Origin: Heptranchias perlo
Taxonomy: Eukaryota
Assembly: GCF_035084215.1 (NCBI RefSeq)
Contig: NC_090349.1
Span: 10,416,001 to 10,480,000 of the forward strand
Length of the DNA: 64,000 nt
Direction of reading: 5' to 3'
Part shown: piece by piece, positions 1 through 14,167 of the stretch
Layout: each line of letters begins with the position of its first letter
How positions within the stretch are numbered: position 1 is the stretch's first letter
Program-made: the position numbers and the translations under genes
The notes under the pieces: model-generated
The model's database searches: none
The model's input: only the letters and a program-made list of their open reading frames with translations
Told to the model about the DNA's origin: nothing

Positions 1-3000
1 AGCCTTGCCCTGGCAGCTATATAATAAAATTAATAATTTTTTGAAATAAATAATTCCTGAACTGGATTTTGCTTTGCAGATCCAGAATGGTACAATTTAA
101 CACAATGCATCTCAAAATAAGGTAGGCATTACATAACAAACTAAAGTAAAGCTACTCCCAGAGCTTCTCTTCTGATATTGTTGTGGAAACACAATTTTTG
201 ATTCACTTTAGGGAATCTCCAGTAATCAACATATCAGATTCGATTCATCAACACTCACACATTACATTTCATTTTACAATTTCCATAAGTTTAAATATAT
301 AAACTACAGGGAAGACATTTTTATTTCCAAACATAAATTAGCTGGCATCCATTTTGATTGTGTCCAAAAAATTCAGGGAGACAAAAGAACCTTTTTTTGC
401 CAAGCACCAGTGGCTTTGGAGGGAGAGACTCCTGTTTAACCAACCTTAGTGGAGTAAGTACTAACAAAATCGTACACTGCTGACACTGACTTTATAGAAT
501 GGGGTAAATCACAATGTGTCACATTATTACTCAATTTAACAGCTGAAGTGACTTCAAAATCGGACTTATACATTTATATAACCAGAAATAAAAATCCAGC
601 CCAATTTCCATTTTGTTTCAAGGGGAACAATACTCTTGGGGAGTTACGTGTCATCAATCTGTACTAACCCTAATTGAAAATACAGAATTAGCCCTCCTTT
701 GTTACAATTTGAAGCCTTCCAGAGATGTGCTATGTTGAGTTTTCTGGCAGAAAAAATACTCTGATACCATAAATCTACCAGATCTGCCTCTTGGTAAATG
801 CCAATCCTCTGATCAGGGGGTCAGCATCCTTTCCTCTTCTAGATGTCAATCTCAGCACTGATGCATAAATATAAGAGGCACTTCCAGTTGTCACTGAGAT
901 CAAAATCTAACATTGGAAAGGATAGTGACTTCCACTCTTGAATATTTCACTCCTCCCTGCCCCAGATCACTTTCCACCCTTTAATAATCTAGATTGGTCA
1001 CTTTTTATTTACTTCCACTTTATCAATACAATAGCAGATGACAAGAATCCAGAATTGGATACTACAGAGCAATACTATCTGGGTCAGAGGGGGAAAAATG
1101 TGCTCAAGTATAAATACAGAGCAATGTCATCCTAATTAGGAGACAGGTTCAAATCTAAATTCAGAGTAATGTCATCCTAATAAGGCACCACTGTGTTCAC
1201 AGCTAAATACAGAGCTTCCAGACAGGATCCATAGTGCTCCCACTTAAATACATGTACAGAAGTATGCTGGAGAAGGCATTAAAGATTTATTTCCACTTAC
1301 AATCTCAATGCAAGCAATGAATTTCCAATGGAATTTCTAGCAATACTCATATCGCTGAGACAAAAGTTTCTACAGGACAAGTTCAAAGCATTTCTCCTTG
1401 TGCTTGTTTCACATGAATAATCCCAGCATACAGTTAGGCGTATTCTCTCCACTATTAAGACATATCTGCACAATCCATGGAATGTGAACATGGTCATTGA
1501 CCCTTTGTGTGGGATTTATGTGAATAATTCCAGGGATACCAATAGGTTTATGTTTCTGCCTCAGTAGTGATGCAGATGACTAACCTTTGAAACACCAAAA
1601 GCTTTATCTCCTCCCTCATAATTAGGTATGTGAATAAGCCCTGAAACATGGACAGCACACTTTGAACATTTTTGTATTTGTAAGGTCCCCAGTCACCCAA
1701 GAGCTCTATTATGCTGAGTGTCGATGTTTGAAGAAGTGAAACATTACCTGAGGAGAGTGAGAAGTAGTTGACCAGCACTCTCAATTTTGATCCACAGGAC
1801 CAGAAATAGAAATCATTTGCATGATTTTTGTCAAGATTACGGCAGCACAGAATCAAATAGTTTTCCTATCAATGTCTTAGTCATTTTCCTCTGTAGAGCA
1901 TCAAAGAGGGCGAGGTATGGCATCTCTGGTGGCTTAGTCATAAATGCACAATATATATTGTGGTACTGATCTATTCAGGAAGTCCCATGTTTGATCACTG
2001 ATATGTAAGCGGATCTCAACTGAGATGGCAGTGAGACACTATGGGTGACCTTACCATCCCTGGGCTCGGGAGGATTTTCACTCATCATTGTCCAGTGGCC
2101 CCTTCTGGTAAGTGCATGTGTGCAGTTGTCAGGTGAGGATATCTTCCTCTAGGGAGGCATCACGGTCAAGCATTAGGCAAATATCCTGTCAGAACTTACT
2201 GTCTTAAACTCACATTAACAATGTTTATTGACAAAAGTATCAGTGGGCTGCCAGAAACTTTGAAATGTACTCTTGGGTGTCTTGACAAAAGGAAGGAAGA
2301 CATTGAGGGGAAGGGTGGAAGTCAGTCAAAAGGATCTATTTCCAACACTACACCCATTTCGATGTATGGAGTTGAAGATGTCTCTTTCCAGTATTACAGA
2401 CATCTTTCTGCAAAGAGTTACAGTGACTCTCTAACACCACAGCCATCTTCCACTGCCAGTTTCCTCTGCTGAAAACAAACCAGAATATCTATCACCAGTT
2501 CAGAGTGTCAAACGAATGTAAGAAGGCAGAACTACCCACAGTGACATACCGTAGGAGGGGGAATTCTATTATTTGTCGAATAAAAGTTGGAAGGAAAAAT
2601 TGAATTCTAACCCAACAGGACATGAACAATGTGAGGGGAGCACATTCTCATATTCACTAACAGGATAGAGGGAAAGGGAATTCTAAATTATGAAACAAAA
2701 GACGGAAAAGTGAGCAATGTGTCAAATATGGAAAAGAGTAATTAGAGGGGTGGAGAGCAAGAGATACAGCTTCACTCAAAACTACAATCTTAAAATAGAT
2801 CAATTAGAGGATGAACTAAGAATCAGAAAATGCTGTGTGGTCTGGTGCACACCTTGAATCAGTGTTTAAGTATTCACTGCTGGGAACATGCAGAATTTAT
2901 ACTTTGTAGTTATAGAGCAATAACAAATGCAACCCTGAAACAGTTAAGGTGGACTTACTGCAAAGCTCCAATCGAAGGAACAAAATGCTACCTTGAGATA

Positions 3001-3804
3001 CTTACTTCCTAACTCCCTAGATAGACACAAATGCACGCACAGCACAGAGACACTAGAAGATTTTTACCCTCAAACTCCGACGCCGCACTGATTTCCCAGT
3101 TCCACTGACGTAATTGCTAATATATTTGAGCCTCTAAAGTTTTGGTTTAATAACATGTGAAGGTTGTTGAATAAACATTCAATCCTAATCCTTTTAGAAA
3201 TGTCAGACCAAAACAATCCCTAAACATTAACATCCCAAAATGGGCCATGAAGCAGTTCACATACATGGTGCCAAACGCTTCATGACAATGAAGTGGTTAA
3301 CATTTCAAATCCCCGCTACCACGCTCTCTATGAAATCAACAAATATCATGTGGACATCTGCACTTAGCGAGACCTGTAATGCAAACGGTCACAAGCTCAG
3401 TGGACTGATCAACACTGCTAATGGCTGCCAATCTCCACTAATAAAGCTTTACTCTGGTGCACTGACACAGATTAAACAGAGCAGCTGTTATAATACAGTG
3501 TGCTGGATCAGATGTCAAACAGCAATGTGTAAAGTACTAAAGCATATGACCTTTTCACAGACTACAGTGGTTTCTTTACTTGGGCTAGTCCTTCCTTATC
3601 TATGTTTACATGAGCCACTGAAGCTCAGAGCTGTGTCTTGAGCTTTTCAGTGAAGGGAACTGATAGGCACCAGTGAAAGATAAAAGCACATTCAATGGAA
3701 ACTGTGCGGTTAAAAGCAAACTATTAGCTTTTCTACCAACTCGTTCTGCACATTTCAATCTACTAGCAGCAGCAGCAGGAGGAATCAACGATTTCTTCCT
3801 CAGA

Positions 3805-4229
3805 TTGGCTCGGTGGCAGCACTCTCGCCTTGGAGTCAGAAGGTCGTGGTTTCAAGCCCCACTCCAGAGACTTGAGCACGTAATCTAGGTGGCCCTTCAG
3901 TGCAGTATTGAGGGAAAGCTGCACTGTCGGAGGTGCTATCTTTCGGATGAAACGTTAAACCGAAGGCTCACCTGCCCGCTCAGGAGGACGTAAAAGATCC
4001 CACGGCATTATTTGAAGAAAAGCAGTGGATTTCTCCAGTGTCCTGGCTAACATTTATCCTTCATCTGGTCATTTATTTCATTCCCGTTTGTGGGAGCTTG
4101 CTGTGTGCAAATTGACTGCCACTACATTACAACAGTGACTACATTTCAAAAGTACTTCATTGGCAGTAAAGCGCTTTAGGACATCCTGAGGTCGTGGCAG
4201 GTGCTATATAAATGCCAGTTCCTTCTTTC
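3805..4229 (+). mobile_element. tRNA-headed SINE, Deu-domain / SacSINE1-like, near full length
   Basis: tRNA-like head (tggctcggtggcagcactctcgcc...ggtttcaagcccc), central cactgtcggaggtgc...ggatgaaacgttaaaccga and tail gctatataaatgc. Several related copies occur in the window. Confidence 0.75.
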
Positions 4230-7200
4230 CAATCTACGTTCAGTCACTGAGGACCCAGGAGCAGCGATTAATTCCTTCTCTCCATTCGATCCAGAGTTAG
4301 CCACGAGACATCCCATCCTCAGATGCTGGGATTACCTCTTCTACCCATGTCTAAATGGGCTTACAGCAGTGTCACTGGAGGCTGGGTAAATAGAAGCTGC
4401 CATTTCAGACCATCACCCTTACAGTAAATGGGAATAAAAGGTTAACAAAAGCCAAATTGTTCGTCTCCGAAAAGCATAGCTAGGTAACCAACCACCTTTA
4501 AAAGGGGAAACATCTCCCTTGGCCTTTCAACTTACTCCTTTTTTTTCCCATTTTGTTCATCTTAAAATCATTTTCAACTGTATTTTTCTCCCTCCTTCTG
4601 ATCTGTTTCTATGTTTTTTTTTGTATTGGAATGTCCCCATACATCCTCATATAAACTGTTCCTTCAAGCACCAACAAAGTGAGTAGCGCTCACGGTTCTT
4701 TGTAAAATCTACAAAGAACTGCTCATGTTCAGTGGGTTCTGGTGCAGAAGCCATGATCATGAACCAAAGAGCTGTCTGGATGTTTCCACTGTATCAATGG
4801 GGAGAGCTGTAAGTGGAGAGTGGTTACTAAGTAAACTGGCGAGGGACTATCTTTTTTTGTAAAGAGTGGAAAGAAGTCTATAGCTGTCACTGCAAATGTT
4901 TCTGCTATATACAGAACGGTATCTGCTGCACCCAGAAATCAATCTTCAGATCACGACACTTTGATTTCTGTTCCTTAGACTGAAGTCACAAAAATAGATT
5001 GGTGGAAGAATGTTTTGTAAATATTTTACACAACTCTTCCTTTACATTCTTCTGTGGAGTAACGGCTCACTCAGCTAATTTGTGTCACTGTGCAGAATCC
5101 TCAGTTCAACAGTAACATTTCAAAATTGTATTAATACACCCTCATGATCACTGTGCCTCATGTACCCCATACACTGTTCTCCATCCCCTTCCCCATCTCT
5201 CTCATAACCACTATGCTGGTCTATTCCTACATACTATTTATTGTGTATTACACTATGCTGGTCTATCCCTTTCGTATCACACTGCACTGGTCTATCCCCT
5301 CGCCCTCTCTTAAGCCACTACACTGGTCCATCACTCTCAGTTGACCCAGTGCAATCTGAAGTAGCCTAGCAAGCTATTCTTTTGCTACAAACCAGCTATT
5401 CAAGAAGAAAGCCCGCCACATTCTTAGGACAATAAATACAACCTTGCCAGCATTGCCCACATAGTGAGAACTAATTTTAAAAAAGGGTATGGGGAACGAG
5501 GAGAGTGGCATTAGACTAGGTGGTTCATATGAAGAAAAACACTGGCATAGACTTGGGCCAAATGGCATGTTTCTGTGTCATAATGTTCTATGATGCTATT
5601 CCACTACAGTAGTCCATCCCCCATCTCTCTCATGTTGCAGTACACTCTATCTTCCATCCCTTAAACTATGCTGATCTATCATACAAACCTCTCATATGTT
5701 ATGGTTACCCATGTACAATTAATGTCTTTCTGGGTTCGGTTTTGTTCTTGTTGAAATGAAAACATTTCCAATAAGGGATACACAGAATGTTTACGATTTA
5801 GGACAAGGACTGCATCAAGACCTGTACTACAGCAGCTCCAAATGAAATTGGGTCAGACACGGGAACCGAGAATCAGATAAAGCTTGTAATCTGGTCATTA
5901 CTGCTGTTGGAAGGATACTACAGAAGTTGATATATACTAGGCAGAAAAAAAACACTTCCATTTTCACTAATCCACACCTGAAATTCAGAAGCATTTGCCA
6001 CATTCCTGTTAATGTAATCCCTCGGGGGGGTGGGCAAGGTAATAGAAAAACAACACATTTCTGAAAAGGTTGTAAATTCTAACAAAGTCCAGGTCAGATT
6101 CTCTTTGCAGTACATTGTGGATCTCACTAACTGACCCTTGGGAACGTTCAGGGGCAATGTCCTGGCCAAGTCATTAGCGAGCTCAGAACATTCAGCTGCT
6201 TGTTAGTCCAGTCAGCTTGTCATTACCTTCTGGAAAGTGTTGATCAATACAACTAATAACACAACTTTTAATTGTAGAATATTCTGTTGCTTGTTGTGCT
6301 AAAACACCAATGGGTTATTAAATTAAGCATGGCATGCTGTTAAAGAAATGCATACTATACACTCGACTGCTCTCTTAAACCCCACCAGTATGTTTTTATG
6401 CTGTCTGACTTGGGTGTTGCGAGGTATTGATAGTGTGGGGAATAAACCACACTTTAGTTTCCTCTTTCTGGGCTGGACTCTAAACTAAAATTATCTGTTC
6501 TGATCTTTAAACTGTCATTCTCTCCTTGCTGGAGGCAAAGAGAACAATCGGTATGTGATGGCAATGTTCTTGATACCCGGAGACATGGAGTAATAATCAC
6601 CATAGCAGATTACATAAAAATATTAAAACAAACATGCAGTACACCCTGATACAGGCAACCGTAAATTCCAAAACAAATGCTTCCTTGCCGTATGGAGAGT
6701 TGTACACATTAAAGAAAGAAACTGTCTGAGGAAATTCAAACTCCAAAGGAATTTGCCAACGCCCATTTTTTAAAATCTAAATGAGATTATGAAAAACACC
6801 AGCAGGCATGGATAAACTGAAAAGGCCTGTATCTTTAAAAGCTACAAACAGCTTTGCAAAGCATGCATTTCCTCTTAACAAAGATGTCAAATCAAAGTGC
6901 TATTCTCCACAGACGGCAAATCAAGTTACTACACCTCACAATTCCATGAAAGATCAATTGAATATCATTTCCTGCAGCACATGGACAACTAATCAAATCA
7001 CTTTTACCAGTAACTAACTATTTAAATCTCTATTTCTTGTGAATCTCCGCACCCCACAAAAAATGTGAAAATCTAATCAGTACATATGATCCCCCATGAA
7101 CAGCTAATCAAATTGTCACTCCAGTGGGCAGGTGATCAAATCATTACTTCCTGTGATGCCATGAGAAACAAATCACATTGTTACTCCTACAGCCCCAGTG

Positions 7201-7259
7201 GACAGTCAATCTTACCACTAATCCCCATAACTCACATGAAAGGCTAATCAAATTTTATT

Positions 7260-7690
7260 CTCATAACCCCACAGATCCCAGATCCCTATTCCCCCAGAGA
7301 TCCCTGACCCCTTTGTTATTCCCCATGGCTCCCTGATCCCATTATTATTCCCCTTGCCCTCACAGACATCTAATCCCTTAATTATTTCTCATGTCACCAC
7401 ACATCCCTGATCCTTATTTCCAGTGTCCCCACAGAACCCTATTCCCCATGCCCACATAACTCCCTGATCTTTATTCCCCATTCCCCACAGATCCCTATTC
7501 TCAGAGTCCCGGCAGATCCCTATTTCCAGAGTCCTCACAGATCCTTGATCCCCATTCCCCGTGCCAACGGATCCCTGACCTGTTTCCCATACACCGCAGA
7601 TCTCTGATCCCCATTCCTCAGATTCCTGTTCCCCAAACCCCACAAATCCCTCATTCCTGTTCCCCGCATCCCACAGATCCCTCCGTGACC
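7260..7690. repeat. Degenerate C-rich minisatellite (cccacagatccct / gatccccattcccc units)
   Basis: Many imperfect copies of ccccacagatccctgatccccatt-like units of about 20 bp. Confidence 0.75.
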
Positions 7691-8164
7691 CTGTGGAGAG
7701 TTAATCAGATCACCATTCCCCATGACCGGCTGATCGAATCACTAATCCCTATGACTGAGAAAGTTTCTTGCCCAGAGTCCGGTCCCTTGCTACAAACAAT
7801 CCTTTCAGCTCCAGAGATCCCGAACAAACAGGAAACTTTTCAAATCCTCCAAACAAACTTCCAGCGGCTCCGCTCTGGAATAACGAGCGAGGGGCTGAGC
7901 CCCATGTTCGGGAGCGGGGAGGAAGGACGGAGCCTGTCTGCCCGCCCGCCCACCCGGGGTGAGGGAGGTCGCCCTAACCCTCAGCAGCGGAAAAGCCCCT
8001 CACGCCCACAGACCGCAGCCGCACACCGGCCTCCTCCGCTTCCCCTGCCGTCGGGACCGTGGACGGCCTGGCCAGCAATGCCAGCCCGGGCTAGTTCTGC
8101 GGCCTGGCCGGCACTGCTGCTCGGTGCGGTGTGCGGTAGCTGGGGCTCGGGTGGAGGGGCCTTG

Positions 8165-8194
8165 CTCTCTCTCTCCCTCTCTCTCTCTCTCTCT
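8165..8194. repeat. (CT)n microsatellite at the start of paxillin intron 1
   Basis: ctctctctctccctctctctctctctctct seen directly. Confidence 0.9.
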
Positions 8195-8209
8195 GCTGGC
8201 GTCACTTAC

Positions 8210-8222
8210 CCAGGTCATCCAT
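8210..8222 (-). CDS. PXN: Paxillin first coding micro-exon (M-D-D-L + 1 nt); rest of the gene lies to the left of the window
   Basis: Minus strand reads ATG GAT GAC CTG G|gtaagt inside a CpG island. This matches the paxillin N-terminus MDDLDALL and its 13-nt phase-1 first coding exon. PXN neighbours SIRT4 in human, and SIRT4 is in this window. Confidence 0.8.
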
Positions 8223-8750
8223 GTTCAGGCTGCGAGGCGCTGAGTCCGGCGGAGACGAGATGCTCAGCCCGGCTGGCACGGTCCGCTCCGACAGGCAGCT
8301 GCCGAGTGTGGAAGCTCGAGCGCGGGGAGGGGAGGAGGGGGATGGGGGTGGGACTCCTAGCAACGCTCGGGAGCGCGCCGCGCGGGGCACTGAATGGGGG
8401 AGTGCGCGCGCATGAATGGGTCACGTCGGGAGCGCGCTCTCATACCTGCCTGAGAAGGTTGGGGGGGGGCTTCCAATATTTCCTCCCCGTGTTATGAGAC
8501 CCTTATGTCCCTTGGAGTTTCTCCTCTCCTCCCCTGAAGGCGCAGGGTCTTTCTGTGGCACCGTGCCAGGGGGCACGGGCACCCTCCAGCACCTCAGCCA
8601 AGTGGCCCTGTGACCCCCCCCGCGAATGAGTACTCGATCACGCGGGCATCACAGCCGAGCACTATCCTGCCCTCACGTCCGCCATCGGCACACGTGCACT
8701 TTCCAGTAGAATTACTGAATGGACAGGTCGACCCAGGTGTAAACAGTTAT

Positions 8751-9059
8751 CATAGAAACATAGAAAATAGGAGCAAGAGTAGGCCATTCGGCCCTTCGGA
8801 CCTGCTTCGCCATTCAAAATGATCATGGCTGATCGTCTAACTCAGTACCCTGTTCCTGCTTTTTCCCCATATCCCTTGATCCCTTTAGCATTAAGAAATA
8901 TAGAATCTTATAGCACAGAAGGAGGCCATTCAGCCCATCGTGCCTGTGTCGGCTCTTTGAAAGGGCTGTCCAATTAGTCCCACTCCCCTGCTCTTTCCCC
9001 GTAGCCCTGCAAATTTTTCCTTTCCAAGTATATACCCAATTCCCTTTTGAAAGTTACTG
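8751..9059 (-). mobile_element. Two stacked CR1 LINE 3' ends; the second continues at ~10088-10290
   Basis: catagaaacatagaa tail plus gaaggaggccattcagcccatcg 3'UTR motif. The sequence gaaagttact...atctgcttccaccaccctttcagg is split by the next element. Confidence 0.75.
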
Positions 9060-10087
9060 TTTTTTTATTCATTCATGGGATGTGGGCGTCGCTGGCGAGG
9101 CCGGCATTTATTGCCCATCCCTAATTGCCCTTGAGGAGGTGGTGGTGAGCCGCCTTCTTGAACCGCTGCAGTCCGTGTGGTGAAGGTTCTCCCACAGTGC
9201 TGTTAGGAAGGGAGTTCCAGGATTTTGACCCAGCGACGATGAAGGAACGGTGATATATTTCCAAGTCGGGATGGTGTGTGACTTGGAGGGGAACGTGCAG
9301 GTGATATTGTTCCCATGTGCCTGCTGCCTTTGTCCTTCTAGGTGGTAGATGTCGCGGGTTTGGGAGATGCTGTCGAAGAAGCCTTGGCGAGTTGCTGCAG
9401 TGCATCCTGTGGATGGTACACACTGCAGCCACAGTGCGCCGGTGGTGAAGGGAGTGAATGTTTAGGGTGGTGGATGGGGTGCCAATCAAGCGGGCTGCTT
9501 TGTCCTGGATGGTGTCGAGCTTCTTGAGTGTTGTTGGAGCTGCACTCATCCAAGCAAGTGGAGAGTATTCCATCACACTCCTGACTTGTGCCTTGTAGAT
9601 GGTGGAAAGGCTTTGGGGAGTCAGGAGGTGAGTCACTTGCCGCAGAATACCCAGCCTCTGACCTGCTCTTGTAGCCACAGTATTTATGTGGCTGGTCCAG
9701 TTAAGTTTTTGGTCAATGGTGACCCCCAGGATGTTGATGGTGGGGGATTCGGTGATGGTAATGCCGTCAAGGGGAGGTGGTTAGACTCTCTCTTGTTGGA
9801 GATGGTCATTGCCTGGCATTTGTCTGGCGCGAATGTTACTTGCCACTTATCAGTCCAAGCCTGGATGTTGTCCAGGTCTTGCTGCATGCGAGCATGGACT
9901 GCTTCATTATCTGAGGGGTTGCGAATTGAACTGAAAACTGTGAAATCATCAGCGGACATCCCCACTTCTGACCTTATGATGGAGGGAAGATCATTGATGA
10001 AGCAGCTGAAGATGGTTGAGCCTAGGACACTACCCTTAGGAACTCCTGTAGCAATGTCCTGGGGCTGAGATGATTGGCCTCCAACAA
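9060..10087 (-). mobile_element. 5'-truncated CR1/L2-group LINE (RT C-terminal part), same family as 50625-52275
   Basis: ORF fragments GVPKGSVLGSTIFSCFINDLP...SADD and TIYKAQVRSVMEYSPLAW; 3' end gaatgaataaaaaa. Confidence 0.85.
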
Positions 10088-11694
10088 TCTGCTTCCACCA
10101 CCCTTTCAGGCAGTGCATTCCAGATCATAACAACTCGCTGCATTAAAAAATTATTCCTCATCTTCTTTCTCATTCTTTTGCCAATTATCTTAAATCTGCG
10201 TCCTTTGGTTACCGACCCGCCTACCAGTGGAAACAGTTTCTCCTTACTTATGCTATCAAAACCCCTCATAATTTTAATTCTCCTCTTAACCTTCTCTGCT
10301 CCTAAGTTGGATGGGGGGGAGAGGGGGCAGTATCAGGGGCAAATCTAAAATTCATGCGGTCTCTGCTAAGAGTAGAGCCTTACAAAATAACCCCCTCTAT
10401 ATCCTCTTTAAAGTTGAACATCTCAAGACTACTTTTAAAAAAGAATTACAAAAATACAAAATTGAAGGACAGGAAAAGACCAGCTGGTCCATCAAGCCTG
10501 CTCCACAGATAAAAAGAGTAAAGGGAATGGGGAGCAAGAAGAAGATTGGGATTAGATTAGGTGGCTCATGTGGAGAAAAACACTGGATGGGCCGAATCGC
10601 CTGTTTTTACTCTGTAACCTTTTATGATTCATTTGGAACAGGGGAAGAGGGCAACATGTTGGTTGTGCCTATGCTGGACATCAGAAAGTGATGAGAAGCA
10701 GGAACCTCCCTGAGATTTTCCCCTCCCTAGCCAAGAGGTGCTGCGACAAATTGTAGCTCCCATACCGCTGCATCAGCTGATCGGGAATCAAATCTTCTGG
10801 TCATCATGATTCAGTTTCACATTGAGCAGCAAATCCGTGCGTGATTCCACTCAGACGAGTGGAATCATGCACGGATAATATGGGAACATACAGCATTGAT
10901 AGCCTGAAAGTATGTACTGATACCACAGGATCTTGCATCTAAGGCAGAAAGTACTCTTAGGAATATTTGATACTCCAGGAGCATGCAGTAGTCACCAGTA
11001 TTACAGGGGCACTCGCTTGAGTAGAAAGATGTGGGGACTCCTAGCAACACATTTGATACCAGGGGAATCTGCACTGGTAGTGCGGGAGTGCTCCTCAGAG
11101 TAGTGTAAGAGGGGACTCTAGCAAAGTGCTGATACACACAGCCTAGTCAATGGCAGTGAGTGGTATGCTCATTGAGGATCATGTGTATGGGGGAGCTGAT
11201 TCCCAACAACATGCTGATAGAGCAGGTACGCACAGTAATGCCATGCAACTCAAAGTGCAAGATACCATGATAGTGTGCCACTTCAGTCGATCATCATAAC
11301 CAGGTTTGTTTTCAAAACCACAAGACCTCAGCAGCATTCTCTCCCCTCTACTAGCTTTCCCAGTTACTGTTACTCTTCAATTCAGGTCTTCCCATAAACA
11401 TTTCTGTGATCTGAGTTTTGGGCTACCATGTATTTTTTACTGATTTGTATCTGCTACCATCATTTTTTGATGGCATGTGTTCAGCCATACAGCACACACG
11501 TCCGGCCCATTAATTTGCCTACATAAGTACTAATATAGCAAAGGTGTACGACAAGGCACCATGGAAGCAAGAGATTCAGGAAAACCTTGTGCCTCGGTCA
11601 AAATGGATGCTGCTATGAGTTTCAAGGTGTTAAAGAAAACTTTGATTTGATTATGCTTTTATTGTCTGATCTGAAAAATGCTGAATAAGAAAGA

Positions 11695-11977
11695 ATGAAC
11701 TTGCATTTATATAGCACCTTTTACATCCTCAGGACTTCCCAAAGTGCTTCACAACCAATGAAGTACTTTTAACATGTAGTCACTGTTGTAATGTAGAGAA
11801 ACGAGGCAGCCAATTTATGCTCAGCAAGGTCCCACAAGCATCAATGAGATACATAGCCAGATAATATGTTTTAGTGATGTTGGTTAAGGGACAAATGTTG
11901 CCAGGACACTGGAAGAACTCCCTTGCTCTTGTTAAATAGTGCCATAGGATCTTTTACAACCAACTGAGAGGGCAGAG
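11695..11977 (-). mobile_element. Deu-type SINE fragment
   Basis: Reverse complement of the 3' half of the 3805-4229 SINE (acttgcatttatatagcacc...). Confidence 0.7.
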
Positions 11978-12747
11978 AGTGCTGATCTGAAAAATGTCAG
12001 TTGTGTCTGGATGTCTAAAAATGTTCATCTGGAACAGACAACAGATTGAGGACAGTCTGGCACCTAAGTTTGATGAAAGTCCCATCCTGAGATATTTCCA
12101 GTTAGGTCATCTCATAGTTAGTTTTACAACCAACTAGTGAAACCTGTGGCTCGAGGGCAATTATTATGGGTCCTTCCTAAGAAGGTGCTGTCATGACCCA
12201 GTTATGTCATGAACCATCAGTGAAGCTATCTCCCTTGTTACCTAACATAGTTGGACATATTTCACATTTGTAGCCATGGTAGGAGGGGTGATGCCTACAC
12301 AAACAATGGGGGTACCGAGAAAGAGCCAGTAACATAATGGTTCATGGCTGTAGCAACAAAAACTGCTCCTGGTAAAGCAATGTTGGCGACAGAATTTATT
12401 TCCAGATCACAACAAATCATGAGATAGGTCAGTCAACAATTGTCTGCTGAGACTAATACACCTGAGGCATTCTCTTTCAGTTAGAGACAGGTAATCATGC
12501 ACGCCTGTTTGGAGCGTACATCCTCAGCTTTCTTCCCACGAGTTGCTGTCAGTTTAAATACTACAGCTGCTGCCACGCAAACTATTTCTACATGGATGTG
12601 CGCCTGTGAGTAGGTTTATAGTATTTGGATATTATTTAGACCAACATTATGTTGCTGTAAAAATCACCATGAATTAGCACTATCTTTAGTCATGAAAATT
12701 GTACAAGTGACAGATTTGTTGCTGGTGTGGTGCTCAATTATACTACA

Positions 12748-12895
12748 GGGTGGAATTGATGTTTGCGTTTAACACACAAACAAAAAGGCAGACTAGTGCT
12801 AAAAATGACGCTGAGAAAAATATCACCTGCAGTTGCAGAGAAAAATATCACATCACCACCAGCAGTGAAACACTACCAAAAGTGAAAATCCACCC
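12748..12895. mobile_element. Degenerate Harbinger-type MITE
   Basis: Imperfect termini gggtggaattg ... aaaatccaccc. Confidence 0.4.
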
Positions 12896-13489
12896 AATGA
12901 TTGTGATTAAGATCAAACTCAGATGAGACAGGATTCTGTTAGTGGAACTAATGACTGTGGTAAAGCTGTTTTTGTTGATAAATTGAGAGAGATGAAAGGC
13001 CGTGAATCCTGCCAAGATAAGAACCCGAGACTTCTGCAACTGAGCCGTCCAATCTTTCATAATTGAAGAATGGTTTAAAAAAACGATAAATGCCAGTTTT
13101 AAATGCAAGCAGTGTTTAGGTTTGGGTTGAAGTTGCACCCAATGTCTCCAAATACAGATTGAGATTTTTGTCAGGGAATTTTTGTGAGGGAATCGTTTTT
13201 TAAATTTTTTTTCTCCAGTCGCCAAGTCTCCCCAGGCCCTGCACACCTTTCACTGTTCGAGGGCCTCCACCTGCATCGCTCTTGGCCATCAAGAGATGTT
13301 CGACAAGCACTTTGACTTTCACTCCAGCTTGTGCTTCTGCTTGATGCCCCCTTTTCTCCAACAATATAGCTGAAATCTAAAGTTCAGCAGTTTGAGGAAT
13401 TGAACCTACATTCTCCTAATCTGCAAGGCAGGACGCCAATCTTCCAACACACAACTGCTCACTATTGATTTCAATTCTTAAAATGTATG

Positions 13490-13654
13490 GGGGTGAATCT
13501 TTGAGGCTGTTCTCCCACTCGTCCGACGTAACTTTGGCAGAAGCGTTGTAAAAGCTTCGGAAAAATGGTGTAAGCACTGTTTACACCGTTTTTCTGCAGC
13601 TTCTGCAGCTCTGCCGCCGTCGATTGGGAGAACCCCCACAGAAATTTAACCCCC
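13490..13654. mobile_element. Palindromic Harbinger-type MITE
   Basis: Termini ggggtgaatctt / aaatttaacccc; nested inverted repeats ttctccca/tgggagaa and gaaaaatggtgtaa/ttacaccgtttttc. Confidence 0.65.
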
Positions 13655-14167
13655 CTCCCACATATATTTGGTTTGTGCTCATCAAGATGAGGGATGCCAG
13701 TACTGTGGAATGGAACACTTATACCACTTTTGTCACCCATTGCCAGCATCATGCAACAGCAGTTGAGGTACAGCACAAGTTAGGCAGAGAGCAAAACTCC
13801 CTCCACTCTGCTCAAACAACGTGCTAAGCACCAACCCAGAAATTCGCTACTCATTGAAGCAGTGTAATGTTCTCCATTTTGTACCCTACCCGCTTATCTC
13901 TTCTCATCCTCCTCATCCTCTCTGCAGCCTTTAACACAGTTGACCACACCATCTTCCTCCAACGCCTCTTCTATGTTGTCCAGCCCAGTGGGACTGCCCT
14001 CACTTGGTTCCACTCTTACTTATCTAATTATACCCAAAGTATCTAAAGGAATGGCCTCCCTTCCCAACTCCACACCGTTACCTCCAGAGTGCCCCAAGGA
14101 TCTATCCTTGGCCCCCTCCTCTTCCTCATCTACATGCTGCCCCTTGCCAACATGATCTGCAGACATG

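Larger units (their letters stand above)
7860..8730. promoter_or_regulatory. CpG island / promoter of the paxillin gene
   Basis: Sharp rise in GC and CpG content around the MDDL exon; G-tract cluster at 8321-8352; CACGTG near 8690. Confidence 0.75.

Noticed and set aside
3805-3870. tRNA gene
   Set aside because: The A/B-box-like sequence is the head of a SINE and continues into the SINE body; no complete cloverleaf.
7685-8497. 270-aa plus-strand ORF over the CpG island
   Set aside because: GC-rich low-complexity translation that includes the (CT)n repeat (LSLSLS). It is antisense to the paxillin exon and typical of a stop-poor CpG island.
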